From the NCBI RefSeq assembly GCF_009914755.1, contig NC_060934.1: a DNA stretch of 64,000 nt, one strand, 5' to 3'. Shown one piece after another: positions 13,893 to 27,367 of the stretch. The stretch comes from the human T2T-CHM13v2.0 reference genome, Homo sapiens. The notes below the pieces were generated by a model. It worked only from the letters and a program-made list of their open reading frames with translations, had not been told where the DNA came from and ran no database searches. Each line of letters begins with the position of its first letter. The stretch's first letter is position 1. The translations under genes were made by a program, and so were the position numbers.

Positions 13893-14331
13893 TTTGTTTT
13901 AAAAACTTTTACTAAAATTCGGGGGTCCACAGGCAGGTTTGTTATTTAGGTCAACTTGTGTCATGGGAATTTGTTGTGCAGATTATTTGTTACCCAGGTA
14001 TTAAGCCTAGTACTCAATAGTTATTCCTGATCCTCTCCCTCCTCCTACCCTCCACCCTCTGAGAGGCCCCAGTGTCCATATGTTCTCATCATTTATCTCC
14101 CATTTATAAGTGAGAACATGTGGTACTTGATCCAGCTCCATACATGTCCCTGCAAAGAACATGAGCTCGTTCTTTTTTAAGCTATCGTAGTATTTCATGG
14201 TGTATATGTACCACATTTTCTTTATCCAGTCCATTGATGGGCATTTAGATTGATTCTATGCCTTTGGTACTGTGAATAGTGCTGCAATGAACATACAGGT
14301 GCATGTGTCTTTATGATAGAATAATTTATAT
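13893..14331 (-). mobile_element. Older L1PA 3' end fragment with an internal deletion
   Basis: ORF 14007-14234 reads MDWIKKMWYIYTMKYY; 3' UTR motif CCCAGGTATTAAGCCTAGTAC. Confidence 0.9.
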
Positions 14332-14339
14332 CTAGTCTT

Positions 14340-14600
14340 CTAATAGCCCTGTGAGAATTAATTGCCCCCTCCTTTATGACTCTACTCCATCGTGTTTAGA
14401 ATTCTATCACAGTACCTGTGATATTTAGGTACACTTTCTTTATTTACTCTGTGTAAATATCAAAGAGTCTCTCTCCTGTTTCTTGGGCTTCAAGCTCCTT
14501 GAGCACATAAATGATGTACATGTCTTCATGTAGTCAGTGCCCAGTGGAATACCTGCACATTAGCTTTTTAATAAATGCTTGCTGGAATATTTAATTAACT
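14340..14600 (+). mobile_element. Degenerate L2 3' fragment
   Basis: AAGCTCCTTGAG...CAGTGCCCAG...AATAAATGCTTGCTGGAAT. Confidence 0.5.
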
Positions 14601-17600
14601 TTCTCAAAAGACTTTACAAGACAGAAAACAATTCTTCATATCCCAGAGAAAATGCTTTTTGGTGAGATAAATAAAGCAAAGGCAAAGAAAAAAAACCAGC
14701 ATTATTGCATATTTGGTATTTTAAAATTTAGTATTTTTAATTCATCTGAGGTGAAAGCAGAGAAGGTAAAAAGAAATGTGGGTTGGATGAAGCTTAACTG
14801 AGGGGTGATGGGAAGCTCAGGATGATTGAGTTTTCAAGGAACGGGGAAGAAAAATTTAAGGATGAGGAGAAGAATATATGATTTGGCAACCATGACTGAT
14901 CTAACACAAGAGCCATATCATAAAAAACAGTTACTTTTTTATTAATATTTTTGATCATTTCTTCTGTACGGCAAGAAGATACAAAGCTGTCAGTGTTAGG
15001 CTTGGCAAGTCCCAGGGAGTGGACTGGGAAGACTGAGTGGGGAAGAAAGAAAGAGAGTAAAGGAAGGATATGGAATTAGTGAAATCATTTGAAAATTGAT
15101 TTTAGAATGTCCTAGAACATCAGGATTATCCAGAAATTTTTTTTTCTCTTTCTAGGTAGTTTTAAACAAGCAAGAATAAAAGTAAACCTTTCAACAACAC
15201 TTTCAATCCTCTTTTTTTCTAATATAATCAATATATTAGTTAATTTACTATTTACTTTGTAGGAAATCCAGTAACATTTCTACTGCTTTCTAGACTTTCA
15301 TCTGTTGCATTTGGCTTTCATGAAATATTCTGCAAATTCACTACAATTAACTTAATTAATTGTATTTTATGACTTTGGGTCAGAATGCCAGAATTGCTGT
15401 GCCAATTTCATTGTACTCATGGAAACCTCAAGAGTATATTTCAGATATTGGCTTTCAGACCTTTCTTTCTGAATATGTTGCTATTTACTTACTATCTGCC
15501 AAAGCCACCATGTCAATGTAATTGAAAACAAGCAAGAAGGAGACTGGATGGCTCAGATGAATGGAAATGTGATACAGACCCTTCCAGCCACAACCAACTG
15601 GCTGGGATCCAGCCGAGGCTGATGAGGACTAAAAGTAATTACCATCTGATGGCTGGACAATGGTCTGTGTGAAATGAGCTGGTTATCTCAAGTCTAGTTC
15701 CTCATGGACAGGTGTTCATATTGCAGTTTCCACCTTCAGTGACAGGAGCCCAGGAACTGAATGAGTCAGAGAGGCCCAAACTACCTTTTCTCTTATTTGA
15801 GATTGATGCCTATTTGCGATACAAGGAAACTTAGGCTCCTGCCTTACACTTAAAAATAGATAAGCAGAGAATGCAAATGTGAATGTCAAACCAAGCTCAT
15901 TATTTTTATTCTATGGGTGTAGAAATTATGCATTAAACAAAAACAAATGGTAGGCTTTTTTTTTTTTTGCTTGCTATTTAATTAAAATGTTCTTTATATT
16001 ACCAAAGGAAAAAGGCAATATTGGGAAAATGAGAATAAATGACTGTTTTTAAGCACTTTAATAATTTCCCCTAAATCTTTAAAATTCAAATCTTGCCTTA
16101 AAAACCGCTGAAGAATAATAATGGGATCTGACTCCCCACATCTGTTATAAAAATCATAGGAAACAACCAAATTCAGTATCAATATTATTATCCATTCTGC
16201 CAAAGCTGAAGATTATTTCCCTCATTCATTTAGCAAAAGATTTTCCAAACTTTATAAATATTGTTATGTCTCTCGAATGCATTACCTCACAGGTCTCTTC
16301 TGAAAGGTATCCAAATTCTGCATTAAGGCACTTGTGGGAAAAGTAGAAAAAATAAATGGTTTACTTTAAATGGGATTTGGAAAGGGTATGATTACGGTCT
16401 GAAATGTATCACACTGACATAGTAAAACTGAACTTCCTAATGGATTCTTAAATTTTGAGTAAGCATTAAATCCATTTATTGAACTCCTTTCTGTATGCCT
16501 AAAAGTTACAGTAAATACTTATATTTTTCTCCCTGATGGACTTTCCGCAGTGAAGGACGTCATACATTAGTCGTACAGGCTGTGCTTGAAGAATGTTGAG
16601 AGCCCATAGCTGGATACTAAACCCGAGTGTTAGGAGAGAGTCAAAATATTTTTCTGATTGAACAAACAAGTTTGTGAATAGAGAGAGATTTGCCTAGCAC
16701 CATAAAGAAGAATTGTTAAAACACACAGAGCAAAATGTCCTTCAATAGCCTTACAAATGGATGCTGCCTCTTCACGCAGTGTTTTTATGTGATCAGGTAA
16801 CCAGAGCTGAACAGTGTCCAGAAGCACATTAGATCTTGCTCTTGCACTTTGGTGGTGCCAGGCAGACAGATATACAGAACACACAATGGCAAAATTCAAA
16901 CATGAATAGAGAGCTGGATTTTCATTGTTTGTTCACAATACCTCTTGGGTGAAAGGAAGGAAGTAGGCTGTATTGCCTAATGCCCCAGAGAAAGAAAAAC
17001 AGACAGATTCCCATTTGGTAGTGCAGTAGCTTGTGTGGCCAGCAGTTCCTGGTGATAAGTTTGTCAAGGGCTATTTTGCAGATCCTATTCAAAGTCTCAA
17101 GCCATAAACCATCCATGTAGTCAGTGAATCTGTCTAGCTGTGAGGTATCCAAGGGTATGATTTACAATCTCTGCCAAGGAGACGTCTACATGGGAAAATT
17201 TGTTAATTGGCAGCATATGAAAAAGTCCAAGGATGGAAGAATAGTGACAAGCCATTGTTTCTCTGCTTGATGAGTTAAATAGGAAAATACAGTTTTGAGC
17301 TTATAAAAGTTACGTTTGTGCTCTTGGCACAAATTCTGATAGGGATAAATTTACGTTTTGGCATTTGGTCAGTAAAAGCAATAAAACCAGAGCTTTAAGA
17401 TAAAGAAGAGTAGAAGTCATGTAACCTAAAAGCATGCAGACATGCAGATACAGGCTAACTGATGCTTAGAATGTTAACTGCTGCCTCAGAAGGCTTCATC
17501 CTGGACGGGATGACAGACCGAGCAAAGACCATGTATAAAGATCTTTCAGCAATTGTGGCAACTTTGTTATTTTCCAGTGTTATAGCCAGTTGTATTTATA

Positions 17601-18675
17601 TCTAAGTAGAAAAGTTAATTAGTGCTCAAAGGATAACCCCAATCCTAAATTCTATAGTTTGGATTTTCCCCTTCTTCTCCCTCCACAATGGTTTTGTGTG
17701 ACAGAGAGGCTAGGCTACTTTCATCATCTTTTCAGATGTTTTATTGCTTTAGAGGGTGAGCTAATATGCAGTGTAAACAGGGGTACTGACGTTTCTTTGA
17801 CCCATAATTGAAATTAATCATCTAAAAATGAATTGCATGCTAATACTGTCTTTATATTCAATTAAGCACATAGTTTTTGGGTAAATGATATCTGTTGAAT
17901 AATGTGCTGGGTGATAATACACACATATTAAGATATGTAATATATACAAACATAAACCACATCCAGAACTTTCTAGAATCCCTTTTCAATTTTTAAATAT
18001 TAACCTCTTAATAAGAGAGAGGAAAAAAAATAAGGGAAACTATTACTATTAGTAAACTATTTGGATTTCTACCATGCAGCAGCACTTTCTAGGAATGACC
18101 TCTGAATTATTTTCTTGCAACCAATAGAGGTTTTATTTTGTTAACTATATGTATTTCCTTCACCATAAAATCAGAAATAAGAGCAATAGCTTGCATACTA
18201 TTTGTAAGGAGTTGTTTTAAAAATCATTAGTTTACAGACTTTGTATCCTAATTATATCTTAAGCAACTAAATTTTTTACATGTTCAAGGGCTCTATGGAG
18301 ATCATTTATGTCAATGTTTTGAACTATGTATACACCTAAAATACTAATGTAAAGAGAACAGCTGACACACAAGCAATCAGAATGTGTGTTGTCTGTGTAC
18401 GTGTGTGTACACATAGGATATTGATTTATTGGGTGCTAAAAGAAACACCATTAATTTGATGGTAGACCCCAGAAAAATCAATTGACTCTACTGTTTCACC
18501 TACTAAAAGAAATCTGTTTGATTTTCTCACTTTCGTCCATCGTTTCTATCCTCCTTAAAATTCTGCCTTTAAAAAAAAAAAAGAAGAAGAAAAATAGCCT
18601 TAAAGTGATACTTTGAACAGGAAAAATGAGTGATTCAGTGCCCTGATCATTCTCAGGCAGAAGTCAAATTGAGCT

Positions 18676-18713
18676 CTTCTGAGGAAAGACATTTCCTTCT
18701 AAGGAAAGACATT
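18676..18713. repeat. 20 bp-period tandem duplication (CTTCT(G/A)AGGAAAGACATT)
   Basis: Read directly from the sequence. Confidence 0.8.
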
Positions 18714-18808
18714 GTGTTATTTTCAAAATGAGTAGGAGTCTTCAATTCTTCTTTTAAATTAGCTGTCTTTTTTTATTTTAGATATGCCCTCAAAAATACC
18801 TTACTTTC

Positions 18809-18839
<31 letters not shown>

Positions 18840-18851
18840 ACACACATACAC
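18809..18851. repeat. (CA)n microsatellite
   Basis: Read directly from the sequence. Confidence 0.95.
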
Positions 18852-20765
18852 CATATTTCCAGCTTGAATTTGATTTCTTCAATTTGTGAACATTTATAAA
18901 AATTGTAAGATATTCTAGAATGAAAAAAACTGAGAAATCACTGTTTCTCCATCTTGCACAAGTCCTAGAATGTAAACACTAACTTCAGTCCCTCCCTGTG
19001 AACCTTCGGTGTTCCACCCTCGGAAGCAGGCCTAAAACTTTCGTGTAGTTGAGGAGGATGCATCACCCTGATCGTATCTTAGGGCTTTTGGAAGAACCAC
19101 CAAATTGATTCAAAATAGATAAAATGAGTCAAAGAGATTCACACACTATCTGAGAAAATCATTGAAGTATGCTGACATTTCAAACAGCTTCAAACTCAGA
19201 ATGGAAAAACCTCTAATAGTATATGTCTTACTAAAGTGACATCCATGACCATATAAATGTCCCTAGGCATAGCTCTTGCATGAAATTATAACACTTTTTT
19301 GATGTAATCAAGAAGGGAAGTATAGAGTGTCTAGTGTAAAACACTGACCTTTTCATAACCTCACAAAAATAGGGGTCTATTTCTAGTTGGAAACAGAAGT
19401 TATGGTGGTATAGTTTCCATATGCTTTTTTAAAAAATCCTATTTTTTAAGGTTTTACCTGTGAACAAGATTCCCTCTCCCTGACCCACTTGGCGACCTTC
19501 ATTCACTTTCCCCTTGACCCCCACTGCTCCTAGAGTAGGAGGAGCAGGTTTGCTTAACACACAGGATCAGGCGTGAAGACTCTGAGGGGTTCTTGGTGGA
19601 TGACATGGGGTGCGTTTTGCAGGGGAGAGAGCAGTGTGGCTCCTAAGACCAGTCAGGAAAGGGATGAGGTACGGGCATCAAGTGTTCCTGAAGGGCAATT
19701 CATTTCAGGTCTATAGAACAGCGTGTGCCCGTGATGGTCGTAACTGTGGAGAAGCTGGGAGTATGGCTTCAAGCAGTTTCTGAATCATTCTTGGGTGTAG
19801 ACTGCTACAAAATGCACTGCCAAGGGGAGAAACTGGTGCTTCCAGGAGCCAGCAGGCTACCCTCCCTCCTAGGTACCACAAAGAATGCATAGCCCACTTT
19901 CTTAGAAGTCTGATTTAATTGCTATTGTGATCCTGTCTTAAATCTGCCTTGCGATTTGTTCACATGTGCCCACCCTCGCCCTCCTCTCTTGTCCCCTCCG
20001 TGTTTCACGTTCCCCTCCCCACCCCGCTTTAGAGGAAACCCACGGAGGATAAGAATCTAGCCTGGCGTTCATAAGCTCTTTTTCTATTGGTGCCAATCTT
20101 GAAAAACGAGAACCAGAAACGGCTAGATGAGAACCCGGTGCTCTAGTGAGGAGAGAAGTGGGAGCCGGGAGGGGAGGGAAGCCAGATGAAAGTCACACTG
20201 CTCAGATGTCTCCCATTTTTCCATATTCAGGAGGGAGCTTTACGGGCAGAGCAGAAAAGGGGCGATACTGTGATTAGGAAAAAACCAACAGACAATACCT
20301 CCTCGTTGAAAGCAGCTTCGTTGTTAGGTGTCATTTAAAAAGCAATCAAACAAATGAATTTACAATGGAATTTCCCCACCTGTTAAGTTGTGTGGATAGA
20401 TACAGGGGATGGAAACAGGCCAGGAGGCTGGAGTGAGGAGCACCGCACAGCAATTAGAGGCCGTGATAGTGTTAAATGAAAATATAACAGAGGCCAGCAA
20501 AAATAATAGAAAATGCAATCACTCACTTCATCAAAAGTTGCATAATAAATAAACGAAATGAGATGTGATTAAGGGCAATACCACCAGAGGCTGTCTCTCA
20601 GATGCTGTATCTTGTAAAAGACGTAGTCATCTTGTAAAAGTTATAATGTTTATCTTATCATGATTTATTATAAAGCAATATATAGCTCTACTTGTTCCAT
20701 CTCATGTCTGGCCACTGCAAACTTGTTTACAAACCAAGAGGCCTGGGTCCGTGCCTACTAACTAG

Positions 20766-21129
<364 letters not shown>

Positions 21130-23854
21130 AGTGTTTGCCATATTCTTATTGGTTCTATTTCAATTTATAGGAAAGGCAGTAAAGGCAGGTGCTCACACAA
21201 CTGAGAGAATGTATTCAAAACCCAGTTAGGCACCGCTGTAGGAGCTGTTGGCTACTCTGGTCTAATGTTCTCATTATGAATCTGTGTCATTTTCCAGAAG
21301 GGTGTTAGACTAAGAAAGATGGAACCAACAACGCTCAACTTAAACCTTCTGGAAAACTCAAAAGTTTACGAATAATGACAACTTCCGGAAAAAAAAAAAC
21401 CAGAACAAGAAGACTAGTTAAAAAATTTGTTTTTTGACGTGGACCTTTTGTGATAAATCCATTTCATAGCATTTAAGATTTTAATTTTTAAGATGCTTTT
21501 CTTTTACTTTGATCAAATTGTGCAAAGCAGCATTATTATATTTCTGACTGTGACTAGTACTTGGGATGATTCTGCCTGTTCACCTGAAAGGTGACTCAAC
21601 GTCTTTTTCTTCTTATTTGTGCATTCGGCTTCTCTGTTTGCTGCTGTTGAATCCTAGCAGTCCTCACATTAAAAAAAAAATCACTTCTTATCTTTCAGCG
21701 ATAAAGAGATACATATTGCAATTGATTTCATGGGCCTATGCAGGTACTAAATGGCTTCTAAGCAAAATGAGAACTTGCCTATAAATTTTTGAAGGCTACC
21801 TGAAGCACGATTCCAAACAACAGGCAGGAGAATAATGTGCTATCATCACGGGACAATTCTGCATTGTGTTTGTGTTGAGATGGCCGATTGGGCTCTTATG
21901 CTTGACTCCCCATTTTGGAAGACATTTATCTGCCAGAAGATTAGGATAATGTCTACAGAAGACATAGGCTTCTTATGGCTAAGCATATTCACAAGCAACA
22001 CATAAAATTGAACAATGCGTTCTTTTACTGAACAGGTATCTTTCTACATTGTATTAAGCAATCATTTGTTCTGTTATTGTTTCATCGGAGCAATTACTTC
22101 CTACAGCAACTATAACGTACTATAAGGCGTCTCGAACAGGACTGTGCATCAGCTTTATTTAAGGAATGCAAGAGTAAGCACAATGTGGGAACAACATGGA
22201 AAAAGACTGAGATTGAAATGCAAAATACAAAAGGATAGGAAGCCATACATCATCACACAAAGTCACATTATGATGTGGTGGCCTTAGCAGGGACTCCTAC
22301 AGTGCTATAAGCTGCACCCAAAAATACTGCAAGAGCTTGAACTTAGAAGCTGACTGTAAAGTTGCCTTGAATGGCCCCAGCCACTTTGGCCTTTGTTTAT
22401 ATAAGTCTTTGTTTTCCTCTGACAGTACCAGGAACCTAACATTTTCCTACTCGCGTATATTTCTGTATTCATTGTATTTGCAATGCCACATTACGTTGAC
22501 TGGTTGACAGGTTGGCTGTGTGAATGAAAGATTCTTTATTGACGATCTTCCTTGTCCTTTTTCTCTGCCTATTAAGTTGAATTAAATTCTATTTTTTCTG
22601 GCCAACCCTGTCCAAGGCTACTCCTTTAGGAAGTAGCAGAGAATTGAACTCGGTCTAGGCAACCAGACTGAATTTGTGGTTAATCAGGAATATTCCTTTA
22701 GAACCAGAGTTGCAATGGTTTGGCTTGAGACAGAGTTCATTGCTACCAACCCCAGCTCTTTTGCAAGCTTGCTGTGTGACTTTTGGGTAAGTCATAACCT
22801 TTCTGTTTTTAGTTTCCTGGAAAGTGGAGATAAAGCTGCAGAGCTTTTCATCCATCTACCTCAGAGGAGTTTTGTGAAGGTTAGTTAATTAATTGTCAAG
22901 ATGTCTGTGCATGGGATGTGTCAAGGAAATGTCAAAAAAATGGGACAAACCAGGCAAGGGAGGAAGCGGGAGTGATTATGGAATAATTGCTACTTTTTCA
23001 ACATCTTCAAATTTCTAGGGCAGTTGTCAGGTAAAGTTCCCAAATTTGATCACTCTAAAAATGTAGACCTCAGGTTGGCTATTTCTGGCTTTGCTTCTTT
23101 CTGTAGGATTCTTTGAAGAGTCTCCTGGTTCAGTAATTGTCTTTGAACTAGGAAAGTACAGAAAACTTTGGAAGGACTTTTTTGGGCAAATAGGAGCTTC
23201 ATTTTTTACCATATCTTTAAGGATATATTCAATCAATATTCATGCAAAGGGAAAGATGAAATTGTTTTCTTTGGGACTCTGATTGCCTCTGGCCAGGCTA
23301 GCAAAGATTGGCAGGCTTGCGGAATTTGGGACAATAAAACCTACCACTTCTTGAGCAATTCATATACTCCCTCTGGGAACTTCACTTACAAAGATGGTGA
23401 ATGGTGGTTTCTGGTCTCTGACTCCCCTCTCGCTGTATTTCCTTGCTGATCAATTTATATCGCTCCAAGAGGGAAGTCATAGCTAGTAACGAGTATGATC
23501 ATGGACCCAAGAGGCATGAACTGGTTCTTAGGGATTCAAACCTGTGAACAGTTCTGACCATATTAGTCTTAGGTTGTGAGCAACTGCAACTGACAATGGA
23601 CCTGTGAAACATAATTAAGCATTGAAGGTTGATATAAATGACTAAAATGTCAGCCAACCTGATGATTGAAACTCGTTATTAGAAGAGAGCAGGGAGTTCC
23701 CTGTATGTTTTAGTTTTGAGCACCTAAATATTCATCGAACTGGAGACATACTGGAAGGAGAGAGGAGAGTAGGATAATAGAACTGCCAGAGCAACTGCTT
23801 TCTGATTTTTAGACAGGTTTGGTGGAATTAGGAAAAAAACAGAAGGAAAAAACT

Positions 23855-23856
<2 letters not shown>

Positions 23857-23890
<34 letters not shown>
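23857..23890. repeat. (GT)17 microsatellite
   Basis: Read directly from the sequence. Confidence 0.97.
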
Positions 23891-23891
<1 letters not shown>

Positions 23892-24189
23892 GGTGGGGGC
23901 ATGTCCTCTTTGCTTATTTATTTTGCTCACATTTGGACAAATTGGAGGAAAGCATGGACCAGAAATCTGTCTTCTTTCTAATGTGTAAAAAAATCAAGGA
24001 CCTCGCGTGGTTCACGGTCGCTGCATTGCTCAATGCCCTGAGAACTGGGTTGGAGGGATCATTTCATTTGATGGCCTGAGAGATGGAGATTTTAGGTGGC
24101 TTCATACCCACAGTGGGCTAATGGCTTAGTTGTAAATAGAAACTGACTTCTCTTGATACCCAGATTTCCATTTACTAAAAGTGAAAATA

Positions 24190-24519
<330 letters not shown>

Positions 24520-24984
24520 TTACCAAATAGTTGGGGAGAGTAAAGGCAGTTTGTACAAAACGCGGCCTGGCAGATAAACACTGTACATCATCATGTAAGA
24601 GCGGCCGAGGGACTAGTATTGAATAGTTATGAAACATAAAAGTTAGTGTATTTTTGGATACATGGGGAGCAAAAATAACCAAGAGCAATGTTTTCTTCCT
24701 TCAACAAATATCGAGGACCTCTTCGAGACATTTAGAAAGCCTTGCTTCCAGAGTTGGCAGTGTGGGCGGAAGACATCTAGAACTCAACGCTAAAACAAAA
24801 ATAACAACAACACACACAAACACACCATGCTGAGACGCACTTCTTCATGTCACACACATGTTGTGGAAAATGACTGCGGGGGCAGTGAGCTGCGAATGTT
24901 CATGTGGGAGTTAGAGCCGCCTGGATCGTGAGGTCCCAGGCAAGAAGGTGGAGGTAACTCAGCGAGAAAGCCACACAGCCTCAT

Positions 24985-24994
24985 CTATTTATAG
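24985..24994 (-). promoter_or_regulatory. CTATAAATAG: perfect MEF2 consensus overlapping a TATA-box motif on the minus strand
   Basis: Matches CTA(A/T)4TAG and TATAAATA, in CpG-retaining unique sequence. Motif match only. Confidence 0.4.
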
Positions 24995-25444
24995 GTCCCG
25001 GTGGTGAAAAAGTAAAACCAGAGTGCAGCTTCTTCTACCTGCTGCTCCCAACTGAAGCTCACAAAAAACGGATAAGACCTCCTTTTGGTTGCCTTTGTAG
25101 TTTTAACCGACACACATAAAAAAGTGATGACTTAGCGGTAACCCCCCTTCCCGACCCCCTCGAACAGGTGAGGAAGTCAGACGGGCAGCCCCCCTCCAAC
25201 GTTCAATCTTCTCCTCCTTGGTCCAGAAATGCATCTGTGCAATCCTTGGTCATGTGAAATGCATTGGATTTTTTTTTTTTTTTTCTTAAAGAAAGTTCAT
25301 CGTACTCCTTTTCTTGGGGAAAGTTTATTATTTACAATCAAGAACTTTCGAATTAATCCCAAATTTATACCAAAGTATTGTGAAAAGCATTTATATTTCA
25401 GATCTTTTTATCTCTTTTTTCCTCCTCTGGATTGTATGCAAGGT

Positions 25445-25498
25445 ACACACACACACACAGACACACACACACAGACACACACACACACACACACACAC
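25445..25498. repeat. Interrupted (CA)n microsatellite
   Basis: Read directly from the sequence. Confidence 0.97.
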
Positions 25499-25799
25499 GG
25501 TTGCAAAATCTTCACCCAAAGACCACAAACAAAACAAAACTAGTACCAGAATCGTGTCTTATACACAAGATCTAATTGTTCAGCAGAGGATGCAGCCAGC
25601 CCCTTTCTGAGCTCCACGTGCTTCCTAGCCTCCCTGGATCCCGGGATCTGGACTTGTAAATGTTGCTTGAGAATTCTCTTATGAGAATCACAGGCACTAA
25701 GCTGTGTGTTCTTCAGGATGTCTGCAGTGACAGCTTATCATGAACTGTCAGGAACTGTTGAGAAGGGCTTACGATGATCTTTGTAAAAAGAAACATCTC

Positions 25800-26245
25800 G
25801 TAAGAGTCAGGACTCTGGGCGGCAGCGGCAGAGGGAGGTGCTGGGGGCGGTGGCATAGCGCCCACACCGCGTGGTCCCCGCGCGCGGCTGGGCTGGCAGC
25901 GCCCCAGGCAGCGCGCACGGTAAGCAGGAAGCTGCGGCCGAGCTGAGTCGCTCAAAAGCTACTGGAGCTAATAGATTGTGGTCATGAGGAGAGCGGCAGC
26001 ATCTCGGTAGTGATGGGAACACTCAAAAGCATCATCAAAACAGTTGCAGAAACATGCTGAGCTCTGCACTCCCGAGCCCGTGCCTGCTGCAGCCGGCTTG
26101 GAGTTTGCTGGTAGCCACTGCAGCCCCGGCCCCGCGCGTCCAGCCTGGGGGTGCGATGAGCAAGAGAAATGAGGTGCAAAATGTTGCATCCGCGGAGCTG
26201 CTTGCAAAAGGGCAAACCTGTTTCTGAAGCCCCTCGCCCGTTCCC
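25800..26245. promoter_or_regulatory. Small CpG-island-like region; probable promoter or first exon of an unidentified transcript
   Basis: Densest non-Alu CpG cluster in the window (e.g. CCCCGCGCGCGGC), GGGCGG boxes, donor motif ACG|GTAAGC at 25919/25920. Confidence 0.65.
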
Positions 26246-26304
26246 TGGTGGTTGGGCAATGCTTGTTTCTCTTCCTGCTGTACCCACCCCCATCTCCATT
26301 ATAA

Positions 26305-26507
26305 TTTTTTTCCTTCCTTCCTTTCTTTTTCTTTCGTTCTTTTTCTTTTCTTTTCTTTTTTCTTTTCTTTTCCTTTCTCTCTCTTTCTTTCTTTCTTCCT
26401 CTCCTCTCCTCTCTTCCCCTCTCTTCCCCTCCCCTCCCCCTCTTCTCTTCTCTTCTCTTCTCTTCTCTTCTCTTCTCTTCTCTTCTCTTCTCTTCTCTTC
26501 TCTTTTC
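26305..26507. repeat. Polypyrimidine tract including (TCTTC)12 at 26441-26500
   Basis: Read directly from the sequence. Confidence 0.97.
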
Positions 26508-26804
26508 TGATGTAAAGGCATCGGGTTGTAACTTCAGGTTTCTGAAACATTGAAGTATAACGTCCACTGGGGACATGGCCTCTTCCCGGTGATGGTGTGG
26601 CAGGTGCCAGTGAGAATTAAGATGGCACAGGGAAAGGGGCAGGAGTTGATTTACCCCTCCAGGAATCTGCATTTCTGATTTTTCTCCAGAGTCCAGCTGA
26701 GAATTAGGGAGACCAGAACCCCTGTTACCTATTGGTTGTGAGGTATGCCTCAGTGCCCTTGGGGGTTGGCTAAGCCCTTCTTAGTATCACACTGCTTTTA
26801 CATC

Positions 26805-26920
26805 TTTTATTATTTTTATTACTTACTATTTTATCTTTTAATTGTGAAAATAACACGTTTTACCATTTAACCCATTTTAAGTGTATGGCTCAGTGGCATT
26901 AAGTATATTCACATTGTGCA
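26805..26920 (-). mobile_element. L1M (MA/MB-type) 3' terminal fragment
   Basis: ATTTTAAGTGTATGGCTCAGTGGCATTAAGTATATTCACATTGTGCA. Confidence 0.7.
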
Positions 26921-26936
26921 GGGATCTCTTTTTAAA

Positions 26937-26985
26937 TATTAGGTTAATGCAAAATAATTGTGGTTTTTGCCATTAAAAGTTAATA
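26937..26985. mobile_element. Partial MADE1/Hsmar1 terminal inverted repeat
   Basis: TATTAGGTTAATGCAAAATAATTGTGGTTTTTGCCATT resembles the mariner TIR TTAGGTTGGTGCAAAAGTAATTGCGGTTTTTGC; no second arm seen. Confidence 0.65.
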
Positions 26986-27324
26986 AAAAGTGTTTAGTTT
27001 TTTTGACAGCCCATAATTCCACTAGAAAATAACCATTATGTAGAATATACATCATTCTGGTGTATACTTTTCTAAGCTTTGTTCTGTGCTTCTTACTACC
27101 ACCCCTTCCCCAAATTGGGATCATTTAGCTTTGCAAACTGTTTTCCCCTCCCTTAGATTTTGAACTTGCTCCCTAATGGGGTCTCAATGAAGCCACTTCA
27201 TGTACCTTGTGAACAGAATGGCCGGGGAGTATGCCTTTCCGTCAATATCTTGTCACTTTCAGACCCTGGCCATTTGTTGAGTCAACAACTTCAGTGTGCC
27301 CTGCTCTTGTGTATCAGGGAAGGA

Positions 27325-27367
27325 AATAATAATAATAATAATAATAATAATAATTATTATTATTATT
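27325..27367. repeat. (AAT)10(TAT)4 compound repeat
   Basis: Read directly from the sequence. Confidence 0.95.

Noticed and set aside
25800-26245. Assigning a gene symbol to the promoter-like region
   Set aside because: I do not recognise the sequence or its short peptides; a genome alignment is needed.
25968-26672. Longest ORFs (234 aa and 179 aa, minus strand) with EKRRE repeats
   Set aside because: They stay open only because the purine-rich repeat has no stop codons; no domain-like sequence.
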